Shown here piece by piece: positions 19,523-29,459 of a stretch of 64,000 bases of DNA. Both the position numbers and the translations under genes were made by a program. The stretch comes from an uncultured delta proteobacterium (lineage in GTDB: Bacteria; Myxococcota; Myxococcia; Myxococcales; Anaeromyxobacteraceae): the NCBI GenBank assembly GCA_963845515.1, contig CAWJSR010000049.1:76722-140721 (forward strand), in the 5' to 3' direction. The notes under the pieces are model-generated. The model was not told the DNA's origin, searched no databases, and saw only the letters and a program-made list of their open reading frames with translations. Within the stretch, counting starts at the first letter, position 1. The number at the start of each line of letters is the position of its first letter.

Positions 19523-19725
19523 ACGACCAGTACAAAGAGTTCAAGGGACGCCTTCGCAGGCTCGACGAGATCCTCACGGACCGTGGGCAGGGGAACGCCG
19601 ACTTCGCCCAGGCGCTGAGCCGTGTCCGGCGCGCCGAGCGTCACGGCGACCGCACCCGCGCCCCCAGCAACGAGCTGGTCGGCCTGCTCGAGCGGGCCGA
19701 GACCATCGCTCGCGCCCTGAGCTGA
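19519..19725 (+). CDS. Small hypothetical protein (68 aa), translationally coupled to the upstream gene
   Basis: ATGA overlap, AGGAG RBS, codon bias. Confidence 0.75.
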   Translation: MNDQYKEFKGRLRRLDEILTDRGQGNADFAQALSRVRRAERHGDRTRAPSNELVGLLERAETIARALS

Positions 19726-19793
19726 GCAGGGAGGCGCGCCGAGGCGCGTCAGCGCCCTCGCACCGCCAGCCTCCCTCCCTGCTCTCGAACGAA

Positions 19794-19828
19794 GAAGCCC
19801 CCTCTCCGCGCTCGCGGGAGGGGGCTTC
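19794..19828. terminator. Hairpin between convergent genes
   Basis: GAAGCCCCCTC...GAGGGGGCTTC inverted repeat. Confidence 0.65.
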
Positions 19829-19860
19829 GCTTTACGGGTGCCGCGGGAGACGGCAAACGC

Positions 19861-20950
19861 CTACTTCGCCGCGATGTACCCTTCCTTCGTCAGCAGCTCG
19901 GCGGTCAGGACCGCGCCGCCGGCCGCGCCGCGCACCGTGTTGTGCGAGAGCCCGACGAAGCGGTAGTCGAACAGCGCGTCCGGCCTGAGGCGCCCGACCG
20001 TGACCGCCATGCCGTCCCCGGCGTCGCGGTCGAGCTTCGTCTGCGGTCGGTCGTCCTGCTCGAAGTACTGCAGGAAGGGCTTCGGTGCGCTGGGGAGCCC
20101 GAGCTTCTGGGGCTTGCCCTCGAAGCTCTTCCAGCGGGCGACGATCTCGTCCTTCGACGGCTTCCGGTCGAACTTCACGAAGACGGCGGCCATGTGGCCG
20201 TCGCTCGCGGGGACGCGGATGCACTGGGCGGTGATGACCGGGCTGGAGGCCTTCACGATCTTGCCGCCCTCGAGCCGACCCCAGACCTTCATCGGCTCCT
20301 GCTCCGACTTGTCCTCCTCCCCCTTGATGAAGGGGATGACGTTGTCGACCATGTCGGGCCAGCTCTCGAAGGTCTTCCCGGCGCCGGAGATCGCCTGGTA
20401 GGTGCAGACGGCGATCTGGCTCGGGCCGAACTCCATGAGCGGGTGGATCGCCGGGACGTAGCTCTGGATGGAGCAGTTCGGCTTCACGGCGATGAAGCCC
20501 CGCTGTCGTCCCGAGCCGCTTGCGCTGGAACTCGATGACCGCGACGTGCTCGGGGTTGCACTCGGGCACCATCATCGGGACATCGGGGGTGGAGCGGTGC
20601 GCGGAGTTGTTGGAGACGACGGGCGTCTCCGCCCTCGCATAGTCCTCCTCGAGCTTCGCCGTCTCCTCCTTCGACATGTCGACGGCGCAGAAGACGAAGT
20701 CGACCTGGTCGGCGATCGCCTTCACGTCGGAGGCGTTCTGGACGGTGACGCCGGCCAGGTTCGCCGGGATCGCGCCCTTGATGGCCCAGCGCCCCTTCAT
20801 CACGTCGGCGTACTTCTGGCCGGCGGAGTTGGCGCTCGCCGCGAGCAGCGTCACGTCGTACCAGGGGTGGTTCTCCAGGAGATTGAGGAAGCGCTGGCCG
20901 ACCATTCCGGTCGCGCCGAGGACGCCCACGCGAAGCTTCTTCTGGCTCAT
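19861..20950 (-). CDS. asd: Aspartate-semialdehyde dehydrogenase (frameshift ~20500)
   Basis: GATGMVGQ, VPECN, then KPNCS, TYQAISGAG and SHNTVRGAAGG in the second frame. Confidence 0.93.
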
Positions 20951-21067
20951 GCCATTCACCTCAGGGGGGATCGTGTCCGGGAAGAGGGACCGCGGAGGTT
21001 ATCACGGGGCGCGCGGAATGCATTCCCTGCGCCGGAGGTGGGCCGGAGGTGGTAGACCCCGGGCCGC

Positions 21068-21807
21068 ATGGAGTCCCTCAAGGAGACGTTTGCCGTCCGG
21101 TCGTACGAGGTCGATGCGTTCAGCGAGCTGTCGGTGCCGGCGCTCTGGGGCTACCTGCAGGAGGCGGCCGGGCTGAGCGCCGAGCGGCTCGGCTTCGGGG
21201 TGAGCCGGTGCCTCGACGCGGGCTTCACCTGGGTCCTCGCGCGCCAGCGGCTCGAGCTCTCGCGGGCCGCCCGCCTCGGCGAGTCGGTCGAGATCGAGAC
21301 GTGGCCCAACGGCACCGAGCGGCTGGCCGCCTTCCGCGAGTTCGTCGTCCGGAGCAGGGGCGAGGAGCTCGCGAAGGCGACGAGCACCTGGTTCCTGCTC
21401 GACGTGAAGACGCGCCGCCCGGTCGATCCCGGCGACCGCGCTCGACTCCGCCTTCCCGCGCGAGCGCGGGCCGTCGGTGGTGGCGCTCCCCGGCGCGAAG
21501 ATCGCGGCGGTGGAGGCGCCCGAGCTGGAGCGGCCGTTCGCCATCCGGTTCGCCGACATCGACCTCAACTGGCACGTCAACAACGTGAGCTACGTCCAGT
21601 GGCTGCTGGAGGCGGTGCCGAAGGAGACCTGGCACGAGCGGCGGCCGTCCTCGGTCGACGCCCAGTACGTCGCAGAGTGCGACTGGGGCGGCCGGATCCT
21701 CTCCCGCGCCAGCGCGATCGGGCGAGGGCGTGTTCCTCCACTCGGTCGCGCGAGAGGCGGACGGCAAGGAGATCGCGCGCGGGACGACCGCGTGGGTCGA
21801 GCGCTGA
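21068..21807 (+). CDS. Acyl-ACP thioesterase (frameshifts ~21440 and ~21730)
   Basis: VRSYEVD, YLQEAAG, IETWP, and DIDLNWHVNNVSY in the second frame. Confidence 0.88.
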
Positions 21808-21814
21808 GATCTGG

Positions 21815-21851
21815 CCCCCTCTCCTCCGGGGCGGCCGAGAGGGAGCGGGGG
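21815..21851 (+). repeat. Degenerate palindromic repeat copy between convergent genes
   Basis: CCCCCTCTC...GAGAGGGAGCGGGGG. Confidence 0.4.
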
Positions 21852-21857
21852 TCCTGG

Positions 21858-23197
21858 TCAGAAGCGCCCGGTCGCGAAGCCGGGACCGAAGGTGACGTTC
21901 CCGACCGAGCCGCCCGGCAGGCGGAACTCCGCGTGCGGCATCGAGTCGGTGATCATCATGATCGGCGCCGGCAGTGACGAGGGCGCCGATGCCGAGCGTG
22001 ATCGACCCGCCGGTGCACATGCCCGAGGAGTCGCCGCCGCAGCCGACGCCGGTGAGGGCGGCGCCCGTGATGACCGCCATCCCGCCGAAGGTGGTGAAGA
22101 CGATGCCGGTCGCGAGCTTCCCCTGTGACGTCGGGTGCGCGGCCACCTGGACCATGCCGCGTGCTCGCGAACGGCATCAGGTCGGGGACGCGGACCTTGT
22201 CGGCGCCGCGCCCATAGAACCCCTCGTCGCGCGTCCGGAAGAGGAGGGGGTGGGCCGGGTCGAGCCACTTGGAGCACGGCGTCGTGCAGACCACCTCGTC
22301 GTCGTAGTAGACGTCCCAGCGCGCCGACGCGTTGGAGGAGATGAGGTCCACCTTGATCGTCCCCGCCGGCCCCTCGGCCTGGCCGCGCCCGGGGATGCGC
22401 CAGAGGAACGCCTGGATCGGCGAGCGGCAGTTGAAGTGGGGCTCGAACTCGCTCCCCTGGCTGCAGGTGTCCGGATCGCCGGCGGAGCGGAGGAGCTCGG
22501 CGGAGCGCTTCGACTTCCCGCCCGCCTCGCCGATCTTCGCGACGTCCACCGAGACGCCACCCGAGAGCTCGCGTCCGGAGAGGAGCGAGAAGGCGCCGAC
22601 CGAGAGGCCACCCACCACGTGGGTCGCCCGGGCGCACTCCGCCGTCGCCGGGACCTGCTCCGGCGTGAGCCCCTCCAGCCTGGCCTGCCCGGAGACGAAG
22701 GTCTTCACCACCAGCCGGCCGTTGCGCTTCAGCTCGCCCTCGAGCGACGCGGCGCCGAGGGGCAGCTTGGCGAGGAGCTCGTCGGCGGAGTTGATGTCGA
22801 TCGAGTCGGACGAGAGCGTCGTGCGCTGGAAGCCGTAGCGCCCGCCCGGGCGGCACTGCGGCAGGAGCCGCATCGCGCAGCCCGTGAACTCCACGGCGAC
22901 TGCGCCGCCGCGCAGGAGCGCCTCGAGGTTGGCCTTCTCGGAGGCGGGCCACTCGGTGATGAGCGGGTTCCCCTGGGAGAGCGCGTACTGGCACGCCGCG
23001 GGGCCGCCGTTCACGCCGGGGATCTGCGCCTGGCCGCCGGAGAAGGACGACCCGGCCGCGGAGGACTGCCGGAGCTCCCGCGAGCCGGCGCCGACGCCGG
23101 GGCCCGGGCCGTAGCGGTAGGGGATGTAGCAGCCGGCGGTCAAGGCGGCTGCGGCCACGGCGATGGAGCGGAACGCGAGGGCAGGGCGTCTGGTCAT
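21858..23197 (-). CDS. Lipoprotein with uncharacterised Cys-containing domain, PEGA-like domain and C-terminal hydrophobic hairpin (frameshifts ~22160 and ~21965)
   Basis: Lipobox LTAGC, PLITEWP...THVVGGLSVGA, VVCTTPC. TM segments lie in downstream frames and end GFATGRF. Confidence 0.7.
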
Positions 23198-23458
23198 TGG
23201 CGGTCGGGCCTGGACGTTGGGGTGGTTGGACCTCAAGGTGATCGCATCTGCACTACTCGGGCCGCAAGCAGGCGTGCGTCACATTCGGTGGGATCGACGG
23301 TCAGGGGCCGATGTGGGAGTGGCTGGAGCAGCCTCGGTGTTGTCCGCGGGCGACGAGCTGACCAGGACCTGTCTCTAGCCCTTAGGGGTTAGTGAGGGTG
23401 CGCGGATGCGGCCTCGTGTCGCAGGGGCCCTGCTAGCGGGTAGACTGATCACTCTCGC

Positions 23459-24385
23459 ATGGCGCTTCGGCCCGCCGCACGCAACGCACTCGTCGCACTC
23501 GGAGCCATCGCCATCGCGGTGGGGATCCCCGGCTTCGTCCGCTTCAAGAAGTACGTCGACGAGGACCCGCGGCTCTGCATCACCTGCCACAGGGCAAACC
23601 CGGAGTTCCAGCTCTGGCTCGGCGGGAGCCACAGCAAGGTCGCCTGCCAGAAGTGCCACCACACGACGTCGGCGCAGACGGTGGCGATGCTCCGCTCGTA
23701 CGTCGAGGGGAAGAACCCCGACGAGAAGCACGCGGTGGTCGAGGTCGGCGCGTGCGCCGGCTGCCACTTCTCCCACGATCCGCTCTGGCCGCAGGTGGGG
23801 GGATCGCGCGGCCACCGGATCCACTACGAGGAGAACAAGATCCCCTGCATCCGCTGCCACGCGGCGAGCATGCACGGCTTCACGCCGATGGCGGAGAAGT
23901 GCGCCGAGTGCCATCCGAAGCACGGCGTCAGCGTCGGCGGGATGCAGAAGCTCCACTGCTTCGCCTGCCACGAGTTCCTCACCACCGAGCCGGGGCTGCG
24001 CCCCACCCGCCGCGACTGCATGCGCTGCCACACGGCGCAAGGGATCAACGCTCCGGTGGGTGACCACGGCGCGCCGATGGGGATGGAGTGCGCGGCCTGC
24101 CACAAGCCCCACGCCCCGCCCGATCAGGCGCTCGTCTCCTGCCTGAGCTGCCACCCGAAGATCGGTAAGGACGGCCTGCACGGGCGGCACACGAAGGAGC
24201 CGTGCCGGGGCTGCCACGTCCCGCACACCTGGAAGGCGGCGGAGAAGGGCTGCGTCCGGTGCCACGCGACGCTGAAGCAGCCCCACCCGGCGGCGCAGGA
24301 CTGCTACGCCTGCCACCGGTTCCGGCCGATGATCCCGAGCGGGAGGCCGCCTCCGGCGCCGGTCGCGACGCCGGGTGTGAAGTGA
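23459..24385 (+). CDS. Membrane-anchored multiheme c-type cytochrome (12 CxxCH)
   Basis: CITCH, CQKCH, CAGCH, CIRCH, CAECH, CFACH, CMRCH, CAACH, CLSCH, CRGCH, CVRCH, CYACH, with an N-terminal TM. Confidence 0.93.
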   Translation: MALRPAARNALVALGAIAIAVGIPGFVRFKKYVDEDPRLCITCHRANPEFQLWLGGSHSKVACQKCHHTTSAQTVAMLRSYVEGKNPDEKHAVVEVGACAGCHFSHDPLWPQVGGSRGHRIHYEENKIPCIRCHAASMHGFTPMAEKCAECHPKHGVSVGGMQKLHCFACHEFLTTEPGLRPTRRDCMRCHTAQGINAPVGDHGAPMGMECAACHKPHAPPDQALVSCLSCHPKIGKDGLHGRHTKEPCRGCHVPHTWKAAEKGCVRCHATLKQPHPAAQDCYACHRFRPMIPSGRPPPAPVATPGVK

Positions 24386-24427
24386 CGGATCGACGCGGGG
24401 TGGAAAGCTGCGGGCAGGCCGTGGCTG

Positions 24428-24475
24428 AAAATCAACCACAGCGTGGTTGATTTTACACCGATGGGCGGCCACGAT
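24428..24475 (+). promoter_or_regulatory. Perfect 12-bp inverted repeat overlapping the -35 of a predicted leaderless promoter
   Basis: AAAATCAACCAC-agc-GTGGTTGATTTT. TTGATT-17-CACGAT-6 nt-ATG(24482). Confidence 0.65.
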
Positions 24476-24481
24476 GCGGCC

Positions 24482-25717
24482 ATGTACCGCCGCAACGTGC
24501 AGTCGGCCGTCGAGGAGGCGCTCGCCGATACGCCCGCCGTGATGATCGTCGGGGCGCGCCAGACCGGTAAGTCCACCCTGGCTCGGCTCGTGATGGAGGG
24601 CAGGCGCGCCGCCGAGTACGTGACCTTCGACGACGGCGGGATGCTGGACGTCGCCCAGTCGGATCCGGCGGGCTTCCTGGCCGCGCGCCCGTCGGCGCTC
24701 ATCCTGGACGAGATCCAGAAGGTGCCGAGCCTCCTGCCGGCCATCAAGGCCTCGATCGATCGCGACCGGCGCCCCGGTCGCTTCCTGCTCACGGGCTCGG
24801 CGGATGTCCTCGCCCTGCCGAGGGTCTCCGAGTCGCTCGCCGGGCGCATGGAGGTGATCACCCTCTGGCCGCTGTCGCAAGGCGAGCTGCTCGGGCGCCG
24901 GGACGGCTTCGTGGAGGCCGTGCTTCGGGGGGAGCGCCCCGCCGCGCGGGGCGACGCCGCAGGAGTGATCGACCGCGTGCTCCGCGGAGGGTATCCGGAG
25001 GTCGTCTCACGCCCTCGCCCCGAGCGGCGGCGGGCGTTCTTCGACGCCTACGTGACGACGATGGTGAAGCGCGACGTCCGCGACCTCGCCGACGTGGCTC
25101 AGCCCGAGGCGCTGAAGCGGCTCCTGCGCCTCGTGGCCACGCGGACTGGCTCGCTCGTCAACCACGCCGAGCTGGGACGGACGCTGGCGCTGCCCGCCTC
25201 GACCCTGAAGCGCTACCTCGCGCTCCTGGAGACGCTCTTCCTCGTGCACGAGGTGCCCGCGTGGGCCTCGAACCGCGGGAAGCGGCTGGCACGAGCGCCG
25301 AAGCTCCACGTCGCCGACACGGGACTCGGCGCGTCCGTCGCCGGGCTCGACGCTTCGCTGCTCGAGCGCGAGCGGCCGCTGCTCGGGCCCCTCCTCGAGT
25401 CCTTCGTCGCAGCGGAGCTGCGGAAGCAGTGCGGGTGGGGCGAGGCCGCCGCCTCGCTCTTCCACTTCAGGACCCACGGCGGGCAGGAGGTCGACCTCGT
25501 CATCGAGGACGCGCGCGGCAGGGTCGTCGGCGTGGAGGTGAAGGCCTCCGCCACCGTCACGTCGGCCGACCTCGCCGGCCTACGCGCGCTCGCGGAGGCG
25601 GCTGGCAAGTCCTTCGTCCAGGGGATCGTTCTCCATCTGGGCAGGGACGCCGCCCAGCTCGGACCGAACCTGGCGGCGCTGCCAGTCGAGGCGCTCTGGG
25701 CGCCGGCCGGGCGGTGA
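24482..25717 (+). CDS. AAA+ ATPase (AAA_14) with DUF4143 / PD-(D/E)xK-like C-terminus (COG1373 type)
   Basis: GARQTGKST, LDEIQK, LTGS, ESLAGR, GGYPE, DTGL, EVDLV..GVEVK. Confidence 0.92.
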   Translation: MYRRNVQSAVEEALADTPAVMIVGARQTGKSTLARLVMEGRRAAEYVTFDDGGMLDVAQSDPAGFLAARPSALILDEIQKVPSLLPAIKASIDRDRRPGRFLLTGSADVLALPRVSESLAGRMEVITLWPLSQGELLGRRDGFVEAVLRGERPAARGDAAGVIDRVLRGGYPEVVSRPRPERRRAFFDAYVTTMVKRDVRDLADVAQPEALKRLLRLVATRTGSLVNHAELGRTLALPASTLKRYLALLETLFLVHEVPAWASNRGKRLARAPKLHVADTGLGASVAGLDASLLERERPLLGPLLESFVAAELRKQCGWGEAAASLFHFRTHGGQEVDLVIEDARGRVVGVEVKASATVTSADLAGLRALAEAAGKSFVQGIVLHLGRDAAQLGPNLAALPVEALWAPAGR

Positions 25718-26254
25718 CTAGCCCCCGAAGAAGAGCTGCACCGCCACGATCGCCGCCGCGAAGCCGCACAGGTCGGCGATGAGCCCGGCCGGCAGCGCCT
25801 GCCGGTAGCGTGAGATCCCCACCGAGCCGAAGTAGACCGCGAGCACATAGAAGGTCGTCTCGGTCGAGCCGGCCATGACCGAGACCAGCCTGCCGGCGTA
25901 CGAGTCCGGGCCGTCGCTCCGGAGCACGTCGCCCACGACGCCGAGCGCGCCGCCGCCCGACAGCGGCCGGATGATCACCATCGGAAGGACGCTCGCCGGG
26001 AGCCCGACGCGCCCGGTCACCGGCGCGAGGAGGGTCGCCAACCCCTCCATCGCTCCCGACGCCCGCAGCATGCCCAGCGCCACGACGATCGCGACGAGCG
26101 GCGGGATGATCTTCACCCCGGTCTCGAACCCCTGCTTCGCCCCCTCGAGGAAGGCCGGGTAGACCTTCACGCCCTTCAGGATCGCGTAGAGCGGGATCCC
26201 GGCGAGGAGCAGCGGGATCGCCCACGTGGAGACGACGTCGAGGACCGTCTTCAC
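25718..26254 (-). CDS. spmB: SpmB/YjiG-like membrane protein
   Basis: FLEGAK.G, RPLSG, GPDS, GSTETTFYV. Confidence 0.88.
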   Translation of the reverse strand: MKTVLDVVSTWAIPLLLAGIPLYAILKGVKVYPAFLEGAKQGFETGVKIIPPLVAIVVALGMLRASGAMEGLATLLAPVTGRVGLPASVLPMVIIRPLSGGGALGVVGDVLRSDGPDSYAGRLVSVMAGSTETTFYVLAVYFGSVGISRYRQALPAGLIADLCGFAAAIVAVQLFFGG

Positions 26255-26868
26255 GGTCCGCTCACCGTCGACGCGCCGCCCTGTGGCGGCGGGGGAGGGA
26301 AGAAGCGCCCGAGCAGCCGCGCGGCGGTGACCGCGGCGACGAGGCCGCAGGCGCTCGCGAGGATCGTCGCGCCGATGATCTCGGCCGGGGCCCGCGACCC
26401 GGCGGCGACGCGGAGCGCGATGACGCTGGCCGGGACGAGCTGTACGGAGGCGGTGTTGAGGGCGCAGAGCATCGCCTGCGCGTCGGTCGCCGTCCCCTTG
26501 TGGGGGTTGAGCTCGTCGAGCCGGCGGATCGCCTCGAGGCCGAAGGGGGTCGCCGCGTTGCCGAGGCCGAGCACGTTCGCCGAGACGTTCATGACGATGG
26601 CGCCGAGGGCGGGGTGGTCGCCGGGCACGGACGGGAAGAGGCGACGGAGCACGGGGCGCATCGCCCGCGCCAGGAGCGTGACGAGCCCCGCCTCCTCCGC
26701 GACCCGCATGAGCCCGAGCCAGAGCGCCATCGCGCCGACGAGGCCGATCGCTAGCGTCACGGCCTTGCCCGCGGACTCCATGGCGGCGGCGGTCAGCTCC
26801 GGCATGCGCCCCTTCGCCGCCGCCACGGCTACCGACAGCGCGAGGAGTGCGGTCCAGATGGCGCCCAT
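26251..26868 (-). CDS. spmA: SpmA-like nucleoside-recognition (Gate) membrane protein
   Basis: LWLGLM.VAE, N.SAN.LGLGNAATP.G. 4-bp overlap with spmB. Confidence 0.88.
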   Translation of the reverse strand: MGAIWTALLALSVAVAAAKGRMPELTAAAMESAGKAVTLAIGLVGAMALWLGLMRVAEEAGLVTLLARAMRPVLRRLFPSVPGDHPALGAIVMNVSANVLGLGNAATPFGLEAIRRLDELNPHKGTATDAQAMLCALNTASVQLVPASVIALRVAAGSRAPAEIIGATILASACGLVAAVTAARLLGRFFPPPPPQGGASTVSGP

Positions 26869-26982
26869 GCGGGGATGATGCTGTGCCCCTGCCGGGTAGG
26901 CGAGTTTCCGTCCCAGGGCCGATTTCGAGGGCGTCGTGGGGGGGCGCAGAGTACGTTCGCTACCATCGCCCCGGAGGTCACC

Positions 26983-27780
26983 ATGCGCCGCTTCGTGTAC
27001 GCCGCGATCCTCGCCACCATGCCGTTCCTCGAGAGCTGCAAGTGCCCGGTGGTCGAGTCCGGTCACCGCGGGATCGTCTTCAAGTCGCTGGGCGGCGGCA
27101 CCTCGAAGGAGATCCTCTCCGAGGGGCTGCACGTCATGCCCGTCTGGAACTCGGTGATCTCCTACGACACCCGCGTCCACGAGATGAAGGAGCAGCTCGC
27201 CGTCATCTCCTCCAACGGCCTGACGATGCAGGTCGACGCCTCGATCCGCTACAGGCCAGAGCTGGAGGAGCTCTTCGAGCTCCAGACCATGATCGGTCCG
27301 GACTACGACCAGAAGGTGATCGGGCCGGTCGTCCGCTCGGAGGCGCGAAAGGTCTTCGGCCGCTACCAGCCGGAGGAGATCTACTCGACGAAGCGCGAGG
27401 AGATCGAGAAGCAGATCTACGACGAGGTGCTCAAGGCGCTGAAGGGGAAGCACGTGGTCGTGGAGGCCATCCTCGTCCGCGACGTGCTCCTGCCCGACAC
27501 GATCAAGACCGCCATCGCCGACAAGCTCGCCGAGGAGCAGCGCAGCCAGAAGATGAAGTTCACGCTCGACAAGGAGCGCCAGGAGGCGCTGCGCAAGCAG
27601 GTCGAGGCGGAGGGGATCGCCAAGTACCAGTCGATCGTCCGGCAGGGGCTGACTGCCGAGTACCTGCAGTGGAAGGGGATCGAGGCCACCCAGGCCATCG
27701 CCACCAGCTCGAACACCAAGGTCGTGATCGTCGGCGGCGGGAAGGGTGGCCTCCCCGTGATCCTGCAGACGGACAAGTAG
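26983..27780 (+). CDS. Prohibitin/SPFH (band 7) family protein
   Basis: V.SGHRGI.F, EGLH...W, EEIYS.KR, AI..K...EQ, EAEG. GGAGG RBS. Confidence 0.92.
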   Translation: MRRFVYAAILATMPFLESCKCPVVESGHRGIVFKSLGGGTSKEILSEGLHVMPVWNSVISYDTRVHEMKEQLAVISSNGLTMQVDASIRYRPELEELFELQTMIGPDYDQKVIGPVVRSEARKVFGRYQPEEIYSTKREEIEKQIYDEVLKALKGKHVVVEAILVRDVLLPDTIKTAIADKLAEEQRSQKMKFTLDKERQEALRKQVEAEGIAKYQSIVRQGLTAEYLQWKGIEATQAIATSSNTKVVIVGGGKGGLPVILQTDK

Positions 27781-27872
27781 GGTCGCCAGCGGGGGAACCC
27801 CGGCGGGGGTTCGCCACTTTCACGCCCCACCCAGGCGTTGATCTCCGCCTGGGGGGTAGCAAGTTGTTGTGT

Positions 27873-29459
27873 ATGCGCACCTTCCTGCCAGCGCTCCTCC
27901 TCGCCGTCGCGGCGGGCTGCACCTCTTCGTCGGATCCGGCGGATCCGTCGACCGACGACGTCGACCGTGACGGCATCGCCAACATCGGCGACAACTGCGT
28001 CGTCGTCGCCAACGCCAGCCAGCTGGACACGGACGGCGACGGGAAGGGAGACGCCTGCGAGTGCTACGGCGTCGTCTGCGCGCCGCTGGGGACCTGCCGC
28101 GCTGCGGGTGCCTGCAGCCCCACGACCGGCGCCTGCTCGGATCCGGTCGCTCCCGACGGGACGCCATGCGCCGACGCAGACGCGTGCACCTCGGGGGAGA
28201 CCTGCATGTCGGGGGTCTGCGCGGGCGGCGCCTGGGCGTGCACGCCGATCACGGAGCGGGTGAGCGTCACCGTGACCGGTGGGGAGGCGAGCGGCGCGAG
28301 CGGCAGGTGCAGCCTGTCGTCGACGGGCGCGGTGGTCGCCTTCGAGTCGACCGCCTTCGACCTCGTCGCCGGCGACACCAACAACCTCAAGGACGTCTTC
28401 GTCCGGGACCGCACCGCCGGCACGACGGAGTTGGTGAGCGTCGGGCTCGCCGGCGCTGCCGCCAACGGCGTGAGCAAGGAGCCGAGCGTCTCCGCCGACG
28501 GGCGGTACGTCGCCTTCGAGTCCGAGGCCTCCAACCTGGTCGACGGCGACGGGAACCTCTACGCCGACGTCTTCGTCCGTGATCGCACGCTGGGCACGAC
28601 GGTCCGAGCGAGCGTGACGAGCGCGGGCGGCGAGGCGGCTGACTACAGCGAGGGCGGCACCATCTCCGGCAACGGGCGCTACGTGGCCTTCCACACCATG
28701 GCCGCGCTCGTCCCAGAGGACGACAACGGCGTGTCGGACGTGTACGTGCGGGATCTGGTGGCGGGGACGATCGTCCAGGCGAGCGTCGCGAGCGACGGCG
28801 GCCAGGCGAACGACTCGAGCCAGTACCCGAGCCTGTCGGCGGACGGCCGGTACGTGGCCTTCGAGTCATGGGCGACCAACCTGGTGGCCGACGACCTGCT
28901 CGGGTGGGAGGACGTCTTCGTCCGGGATCTGGAGACCGGCACCACGGTCCGCGCGAGCGTCGACTCCGCCGGGGACGAGGCGGACGACGACAGCGTGGCG
29001 GCGGCCATCTCGGGGAACGGCGCCTTCGTCGCCTTCGACTCCTGGTACGACTTCGTGCCGGACGACCTGAACTTCTCGCTCGACGTCTTCGTGCGGGACC
29101 TCGCGGGCGGCGCCACGGAGCGCGCGAGCGTCGACGCGCAGGGCGGCGAGGGTGACTCCTCGAGCCACGACGGGGTGCTCACCTTCGACGGGGCGCGCCT
29201 GGCCTTCTGGTCGGTCGCCACCAACCTCGTCGCCGGGGACACGAACGCGCTGTACGACATCTTCGTGCGGGACCGGACCGCCGGGACGACCGTCCGGGTG
29301 AGCGTGGCCGCCGGCGGCGCCCAGTCCAACGGCGACAGCACCGAGGCCTGCGTCTCCTCGGGCGGGGCGTTCGTGGGCTTCACCTCGCTCGGCGACAACC
29401 TCGTCGCAGGCGACCTCAACTCCTCGGCCGACGTCTTCGTCCGGAGCCTGGCGCCATGA
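27873..29459 (+). CDS. Lipoprotein with thrombospondin type-3 repeat, Cys-rich repeat and TolB-like (PD40) beta-propeller
   Basis: Lipobox AAGC, DxDxDG..DNC...N..Q.DTDGDG.GDAC, repeated S.DGRYVAF.S.A.NLV.GD.N...DVFVRD. Confidence 0.88.
   Translation: MRTFLPALLLAVAAGCTSSSDPADPSTDDVDRDGIANIGDNCVVVANASQLDTDGDGKGDACECYGVVCAPLGTCRAAGACSPTTGACSDPVAPDGTPCADADACTSGETCMSGVCAGGAWACTPITERVSVTVTGGEASGASGRCSLSSTGAVVAFESTAFDLVAGDTNNLKDVFVRDRTAGTTELVSVGLAGAAANGVSKEPSVSADGRYVAFESEASNLVDGDGNLYADVFVRDRTLGTTVRASVTSAGGEAADYSEGGTISGNGRYVAFHTMAALVPEDDNGVSDVYVRDLVAGTIVQASVASDGGQANDSSQYPSLSADGRYVAFESWATNLVADDLLGWEDVFVRDLETGTTVRASVDSAGDEADDDSVAAAISGNGAFVAFDSWYDFVPDDLNFSLDVFVRDLAGGATERASVDAQGGEGDSSSHDGVLTFDGARLAFWSVATNLVAGDTNALYDIFVRDRTAGTTVRVSVAAGGAQSNGDSTEACVSSGGAFVGFTSLGDNLVAGDLNSSADVFVRSLAP

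Noticed and set aside
19861..20950. Programmed frameshifting or pseudogenisation of asd (likewise kdsD and the permease)
   Set aside because: No slippery sequence recognised and indels are scattered window-wide; assembly error is more parsimonious.
25718..26868. spmA/spmB and the CotA-like oxidase as evidence of endospore formation
   Set aside because: Both families are widespread in non-endospore-forming bacteria.
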